42,421 nucleotides of DNA from a virus. Lineage: Duplodnaviria > Caudoviricetes. The DNA is taken from IMG/VR virus record IMGVR_UViG_3300028599_000009, positions 1-42,421 of that record. One strand, written 5' to 3'. The notes beneath the pieces are model-generated. The model worked only from the letters and a program-made list of their open reading frames with translations. It did no database searches and was not told the DNA's origin. The first letter of the stretch is position 1; each line of letters starts with the position of its first letter. This document shows, one piece after another, positions 37,523-42,421 of this stretch. The position numbers and the translations under genes are program-made.

Positions 37523-38269
37523 GTGAATATAGTTAGTTATGGTGGTGGGATTAATTCAACAGCTATGTTAATTGAATGCGTGAAGCGTGAAATTCCAATT
37601 GATCTTATCTTGTTTGCGGATACAGGCGGGGAAAGGCCGGATATTTATAAATATATTCGTCATTTCAATAAATGGTTGATCAAAAATAAAATGCCAGAAA
37701 TCACAAGGGTGCAAAGAACCAATATAAATGGGACATATATCACGCTTGAGGGTTATTGTTTTGCAAAGAAGCAATTACCCAGCCTGGCTTATGGGTTCAA
37801 GAGCTGTAGCCAAAAACACAAAATACAGCCACAGGATAAGTTTCTAAATAACTATAAGCCAGCAAAAGAAGAATGGAAGGCAGGCAGAAAGATTACCAAA
37901 TTTGTAGGATATGACGCCGATGAGCCACAACGCGCAAAAGACTATACAGACAATAAATACATTGTTGAATACCCGCTGATCGAATGGGATATGGGGCGTG
38001 ATGAGTGTATTGATACGATCCGCGATTTCGGATTAGATATTCCAGGTAAAAGTGCCTGTTATTTTTGCCCGAGTAGTAAAAAACACGAAATCAAGAAACT
38101 TCAGCAGGATTATCCAGAGCTTGCAGCTAGGGCTATAGATATGGAGAAAAATGCGGATCTAACAAAAATCAAAGGGCTAGGCCGTAGTTTCTCATGGGGA
38201 GAGTTCCTTTCTGGTGAAGAGGTCCAAGAATGCAGTATTGAAATCGATTGTGGTTGTTATGACGGTTGA
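37523..38269 (+). CDS. PAPS-reductase-family (PP-loop, adenine nucleotide alpha-hydrolase) protein
   Basis: VSYGGGINSTAM PP-loop, FADTGGE, YPL, KSACYFCP. Confidence 0.85.
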   Translation: MNIVSYGGGINSTAMLIECVKREIPIDLILFADTGGERPDIYKYIRHFNKWLIKNKMPEITRVQRTNINGTYITLEGYCFAKKQLPSLAYGFKSCSQKHKIQPQDKFLNNYKPAKEEWKAGRKITKFVGYDADEPQRAKDYTDNKYIVEYPLIEWDMGRDECIDTIRDFGLDIPGKSACYFCPSSKKHEIKKLQQDYPELAARAIDMEKNADLTKIKGLGRSFSWGEFLSGEEVQECSIEIDCGCYDG

Positions 38270-38675
38270 GATAGAAAAGCCCCATCCGAAGACAGGGCTT
38301 TAGGGGCTTGACTTAATGATGGGAATCAGTCAAAAATGTGCTTGCTTACGACACGGTCATATATTATCACTTCTTAATACTTCCGTGCAAGAGCCAGCCC
38401 GATGCGCTGTGAGTCTGCGTGGTCCATTTTGTGCCAGTCCATCAGAAAAGCAAATAAAGCGGAAGAATAATAATTGTCACCGCCTGGACCAGCGGGAAAA
38501 CGAGTTTTGTGATGCCATTAGGGGGTTTGGCCGACATCCAAGGAAGGTAAGAGGTGCTCGACAATCTGACAGTTATTATCGGTTACGGAAGATTAACAAT
38601 ACAGGCTATATGAGATAGGGCATCCTACGGTCATTAGTCGTATATGCGCAATAAACAATAACTTAAGAGGTAATT

Positions 38676-38969
38676 ATGAACATTGACAGAAAATTCAGGA
38701 TACTGGCGGTTAATCCATGTAAGGCTGATAGCGTTTACACCGAGAATGAAGGTGTGTTCTTTTGCGCTCATGATGCGGCGCTGATACCGGCCATCAAAGC
38801 CTATCGCGAGGAATGTGTAAAGCTCAGATGTAATCCAGAGCATATTGAGAGCATAAATCTTCTTATTGAGCGCGTGAGCGAGTACCAGGACAATATAAAG
38901 TCGAAGACGCCAGATACCGACACTGACTGTGAGATTGATCGCTGCTTAGGCGGTATAGGGGTTGAATAG
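38676..38969 (+). CDS. Conserved phage hypothetical protein
   Basis: GAGG RBS; DRKFRILAVNPC...FCAHD. Confidence 0.75.
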   Translation: MNIDRKFRILAVNPCKADSVYTENEGVFFCAHDAALIPAIKAYREECVKLRCNPEHIESINLLIERVSEYQDNIKSKTPDTDTDCEIDRCLGGIGVE

Positions 38970-39044
38970 CAGCACTGTATCGGCAAGGAGCCATAATGCG
39001 GGGTATTCTTTTGTCTTTAATAAATGCAAAAAAGAGGGTCTACA

Positions 39045-39275
39045 ATGAAAGATTTACGTATGGATGCTTATTACTACGGATTTGAAAAAACAGGTGTTCC
39101 CGAAATAGATAAGATTCTTTCAGCTGTTGCTTGTGCTGGAAAGGCTTTTCACCATACAGAAGATTGGGATGAAAATATAGAATTCCTATATGGGCCACAC
39201 AAAGGCAGGACAGTGGTTGAATGGATACAAAATGCAGCCAATGAAGCAGCAGAATCCATTAAATCAAACACTTAA
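39045..39275 (+). CDS. Conserved phage hypothetical protein
   Basis: RMDAYYYGFEKTG...ILSAVACAGKAFHHTEDW. Confidence 0.75.
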   Translation: MKDLRMDAYYYGFEKTGVPEIDKILSAVACAGKAFHHTEDWDENIEFLYGPHKGRTVVEWIQNAANEAAESIKSNT

Positions 39276-39289
39276 CAGAGCGATTAACT

Positions 39290-39520
39290 ATGGAAATATC
39301 AATAAGAAGAAATACTTGTGATCCAGAAATAGGCGAGGCAACTATAGACATAGGCACATCAAAAATAACTTGTGATTATGATCGTGAGGATTTTGCCCAT
39401 GAATTAGTAAATGCTTATAGAGATTTATACATGGATGATGCCAAGTGGATTGAGCATTTATCGTTATATTTAACTTTTCAAGAAGTCTCAGAACTAGCTG
39501 AAAAGCTAAAGGATGAATAA
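39290..39520 (+). CDS. Hypothetical protein
   Basis: ORF within the operon. Confidence 0.65.
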   Translation: MEISIRRNTCDPEIGEATIDIGTSKITCDYDREDFAHELVNAYRDLYMDDAKWIEHLSLYLTFQEVSELAEKLKDE

Positions 39521-40168
39521 ATGACCCTCCAAGAATTCACAACCAGAATGTGGACAGAATACCCAAGGGATCTCTGTCACAACCGCCCAGGACACAAAGC
39601 CAGGTTAGAAACAGCAGCAAAAAAGATTGACAAATCGCTATATAAGCAAATACTGTTAGACATGGATGCATTAAAACGATACGACAGAAAACAGCACCGG
39701 CCTGATCGGTGGCCGTTAATTAGCACGTTTCTCAATCAAAGATGCTGGGAAAGGCTGATTGATTCTGTAATGGAGCTGAAAAAGAAAGAAGAAAAGCCTA
39801 CTCAATATTGTAAATGTGGGAAAGTTGTCGATATCGCGCCATCAGGGGAGTGTGTTGAATGTTACGCCAAAAGAACCGATCAAAACCAACAAAAGCGGAA
39901 GAGCGTCTTAGAGAATATCTCGCTGTACAAGCCAGGCCAGTCGCGAGCGGAAGTTATCGAGAACTGCAAGGCCGCAATGCTACCAAAACTGAGGTCTGGA
40001 GAAGCATACAAGACTCAGGGGATACCTTTCTTGCAGAACTCGCAAGAGGATTCAACGGAGACGGAAAAGGACTTGACGCAATCGAGCACGCCGGTCTGCT
40101 ATGGAGAAGAGTGGTTCAGAGAAAACGCTGACCGGATCTACGGGGCTTTGGGCGTGAAGTTTAAATGA
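39521..40168 (+). CDS. Putative replication-associated protein with zinc finger
   Basis: F..MW.EYPR...STFLNQRCWE resembles phage replication-initiator C-terminal domains; CKCG...CVEC. Confidence 0.5.
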   Translation: MTLQEFTTRMWTEYPRDLCHNRPGHKARLETAAKKIDKSLYKQILLDMDALKRYDRKQHRPDRWPLISTFLNQRCWERLIDSVMELKKKEEKPTQYCKCGKVVDIAPSGECVECYAKRTDQNQQKRKSVLENISLYKPGQSRAEVIENCKAAMLPKLRSGEAYKTQGIPFLQNSQEDSTETEKDLTQSSTPVCYGEEWFRENADRIYGALGVKFK

Positions 40169-40223
40169 GAATACAGTTGTTCGGAAAAATCGAACAACTG
40201 CTAGAGATGGCGATATATAACGC

Positions 40224-40589
40224 ATGAAAAAAGTAAGCGAATCAGCACACCAGAGAGCCGTACTGGATTGGGCAAGTAATTACCATCAACTTGACTGGCT
40301 TCATGCCATACCAAATGGAGCTGTACTGGCCGGAGACGCACGGAAAAGGGCTATCCAGATGAGTAACCTGAAAGCCCAAGGGCTCAAGACGGGTGTAGCT
40401 GATCTGTTCCTCCCGTTACCCGTAAGCCCCTACCACGGGCTGTATATCGAGATGAAAACAAAGGGTGGCAAGCAATCTGACAGGCAGAGTGAATTTGAAG
40501 ACTTCTGCACCCTTGTGGGTTATAAGTATGTGCTTTGCTATTCGTCAATCGAGGCTATAGAGCAGATTAGGGACTATACCGGGATATGA
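40224..40589 (+). CDS. VRR-NUC domain nuclease
   Basis: HAIPNG...GVADL...GLYIEMK...Q PD-(D/E)XK motif. Confidence 0.85.
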   Translation: MKKVSESAHQRAVLDWASNYHQLDWLHAIPNGAVLAGDARKRAIQMSNLKAQGLKTGVADLFLPLPVSPYHGLYIEMKTKGGKQSDRQSEFEDFCTLVGYKYVLCYSSIEAIEQIRDYTGI

Positions 40590-40885
40590 AGCAGGATAAG
40601 TACACAAGATCAGCAAAAGGCCAGCCTTGTCAGGTTCGTATTCCAGGTGTGTGCAGGGAGACTCCAGAACACGATACAACCGTTTTAGCGCATTTGAATG
40701 GTGGTGGCATGGGTGGAAAGCATTCGTCCATTCATGGGGCTTATGCTTGCGCTGAGTGTCATACATGGCTTGATGGTGGTTATATCAAAGAGGGTAGAGT
40801 CAAAACAGTTCGTGATTTGTGGCATTTGGAAGCCGTAATCAGAACACAGCAGATAATGATAAAAGAAGGGGTATTGAAGATATGA
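40586..40885 (+). CDS. DUF1364 (YbcO-like) putative nuclease
   Basis: SAKGQPCQVRIPGVC...TTVLAH...GMGGK...GAYACAECH. Confidence 0.85.
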   Translation: MKQDKYTRSAKGQPCQVRIPGVCRETPEHDTTVLAHLNGGGMGGKHSSIHGAYACAECHTWLDGGYIKEGRVKTVRDLWHLEAVIRTQQIMIKEGVLKI

Positions 40886-41073
40886 GTGAAAAAGAAGAGT
40901 CAAGTGATGATTTCATTACAGAGCTGGAGTCATTAATTAACAAGCATTCTATGGAAAACGGCAGTAATACGCCTGATTTCCTGCTAGCAAAATACCTGTA
41001 CGGTTGTCTTAGAAATTATGAGGTGATTGTGAGCAGGCGTGATCAGTGGTATACCGCTGACGTTAAATCATGA
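40882..41073 (+). CDS. Conserved phage hypothetical protein
   Basis: LINKHSMENGSNTPDFLLAKYL; ATGA coupling. Confidence 0.7.
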   Translation: MSEKEESSDDFITELESLINKHSMENGSNTPDFLLAKYLYGCLRNYEVIVSRRDQWYTADVKS

Positions 41074-41399
41074 AAGATTGGTACAAACAAGCAGAAGCCG
41101 CTGTTAATTATCTAACCGAATCCGAAGAAGAGTACGCGAGATACAGAGGTCTGATGAAAGCTATATCTGCCAGGGAAAAGATAGTGCTTGCTAGGTTGAT
41201 GCAGGAATGTGAGGAAAGTTCAGCAGCCGCCAAAAAGATATGGGCGGAAGCTCATCCAGATTACGAAAAGGCCGTGGACGAATCTCAGGAAATCCAGACA
41301 GAATGCGATCTACTCACGGCGAAGAGAGATAAAGCTAATCAGGTTATAGAGATATACCGGAGTGTGAACAGCTCGTTAAAGCGGGGGAATATAGCGTGA
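41070..41399 (+). CDS. Helical coiled-coil hypothetical protein
   Basis: Coupled ORF. Confidence 0.7.
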   Translation: MKDWYKQAEAAVNYLTESEEEYARYRGLMKAISAREKIVLARLMQECEESSAAAKKIWAEAHPDYEKAVDESQEIQTECDLLTAKRDKANQVIEIYRSVNSSLKRGNIA

Positions 41400-41653
41400 A
41401 CAATGAGAAAATAGAACAACTTATCATTGATTTCCTGCAAAAGAACGGGCCTAGTTGTGTTAGTGGGATAATTATAGATATTTATAATTGCGAATATATA
41501 TCTGATGATTACATGGAGCACATGCCGAAGGTATTGAGTGCGGCATGGATGCTAAAGAACGCTGGTAAAATAATAATGGATGACCCAAATAACCCGGAAA
41601 TACCCTTTAGATTGCCAAATCAGCAGTTATCTGATTACAGATTGAATGCTTAA
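41396..41653 (+). CDS. Hypothetical protein (possible winged helix)
   Basis: GGGGGA RBS; GTG start. Confidence 0.6.
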   Translation: MNNEKIEQLIIDFLQKNGPSCVSGIIIDIYNCEYISDDYMEHMPKVLSAAWMLKNAGKIIMDDPNNPEIPFRLPNQQLSDYRLNA

Positions 41654-41668
41654 GCGGGGGAATATAGC

Positions 41669-42073
41669 TTGAATATAGATGAAGAGTTACATTTGACTAA
41701 AAAGGATTTCAGAATAGAGTGGTTTTCTGGTTCTGGAGCAGGCGGACAACACAGGAATAAGCACCAAAATTGCTGTAGAATCATACATATAGCAACAGGG
41801 TTAAGGGCGCAAGGTACGGAATCGCGTGAACGGGTATCTAATCAACGGACAGCATTTGAGAGATTAGCAAAGCTTGTAATTGCGCATTTCTATGCTGAAG
41901 ATCCAGAGATAAGATACAAAGCGAGGGAAACAATAAGAAATTATCATGGCGTTAGGAATGAGGTCCACGACAAAGCGAGTGGATTAAAATTACCTTATAA
42001 AACCATTGTTGATGATGGGGATATAGCTCCTATGGTTGACGCGCGAAGAAACTCAATAGTTGATATAGCTTAG
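41669..42073 (+). CDS. Class I peptide chain release factor-like protein (GGQ domain plus RF C-terminal region only)
   Basis: FSGSGAGGQHRNKHQNCCRIIHIATG...RERVSNQRTAF; ETIRNY...VHD and DGDIAPMVDA match the RF1/RF2 C-terminus; TTG start with GGGGGA RBS. Confidence 0.9.
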   Translation: MNIDEELHLTKKDFRIEWFSGSGAGGQHRNKHQNCCRIIHIATGLRAQGTESRERVSNQRTAFERLAKLVIAHFYAEDPEIRYKARETIRNYHGVRNEVHDKASGLKLPYKTIVDDGDIAPMVDARRNSIVDIA

Positions 42074-42102
42074 AAGAGAGCAGGCAGATAGGAGATTTTA
42101 CG

Positions 42103-42264
42103 GTGAAAATTGAATACAATCTAACAATAAGAAACCCGAGCAATCATGGCTTAATGTCAAAGGAAGAGTTTGAGTGGTATATACCAATTCTTGCTAGATT
42201 AATAACATACACACCTATTGTCATGCTGTGGGTGCTATTTATGGTGTTGCTGAGTATGGCTTGA
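42103..42264 (+). CDS. Small membrane protein (53 aa, GTG start)
   Basis: Read manually; AGGAG RBS; hydrophobic C-terminal half. Confidence 0.5.
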   Translation: MKIEYNLTIRNPSNHGLMSKEEFEWYIPILARLITYTPIVMLWVLFMVLLSMA

Positions 42265-42284
42265 CCCAAGCATGGCTTGATATT

Positions 42285-42421
42285 AGGATTAGCATCTAAT
42301 GGGTGGGCGAGCATATTTATCTTAAAACTACATTTATAGGTGGTTAGCTGCCAAGCATTATCACTAAGCTATTCTCCTTTGAGGTTATTTCTATCTACTC
42401 CCCTGTAGATTAGCCGGGAAC
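42285..42421. repeat. Terminal direct repeat, right copy
   Basis: Repeats bases 1-139 (137 vs 139 nt). Confidence 0.95.

Noticed and set aside
41669-42073. Stop-codon reassignment implied by a phage release factor
   Set aside because: Core genes are intact and densely packed under code 11, using all three stops, and the protein lacks codon-recognition motifs.
1-42421. Integrated prophage with host flanks
   Set aside because: The ends overlap to form a circle; no integrase, att site or host housekeeping context. The SpoU and RF-like genes are embedded in phage operons.

Overview
This appears to be a complete, circularisable ~42.3 kb tailed-phage genome; bases 1-139 recur at 42285-42421. The architecture is podovirus-like (P22/epsilon15-style), and the sigma70 promoters and gene families suggest a proteobacterial host (inference). 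There are four transcription blocks. (i) Leftward early island, 2737->189: beta-clamp-like protein, HTH protein and a SpoU/TrmH RNA methyltransferase. (ii) Rightward late operon, 3079-28806: terS, terL, portal, an inserted 5.4 kb cassette of Thr/Gly-rich proteins, scaffold, major capsid, decoration protein, adaptor, nozzle, three ejection proteins, tail fibre, a PagP-like beta-barrel, a beta-helix tailspike and small membrane proteins. (iii) Leftward early operon, 35464->28933, of small ORFs including SSB-like and Lar-like genes. (iv) Rightward operon, 35554-42264: RHH regulator, PAPS-reductase-family enzyme, putative replication protein, VRR-NUC, DUF1364 nuclease and a GGQ release-factor fragment. 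I recognised no integrase, CI repressor, polymerase, helicase or endolysin. The most striking signal is an ~800 bp non-coding tandem array of structured RNA units (34096-34890) near the start of the early left operon. Three of the units have tRNA-like geometry (acceptor-like stem, 2-nt linker, D-like arm, large variable insert, T-like arm), and units are separated by a conserved AAA(A/G)CTC(T)TAT linker. Together with the SpoU methyltransferase and the truncated release factor, this suggests a possible phage translation-protection system (inference). A candidate dnaX-type -1 frameshift was also found in a virion gene. All family assignments come from motif recognition by eye; no database searches were run.
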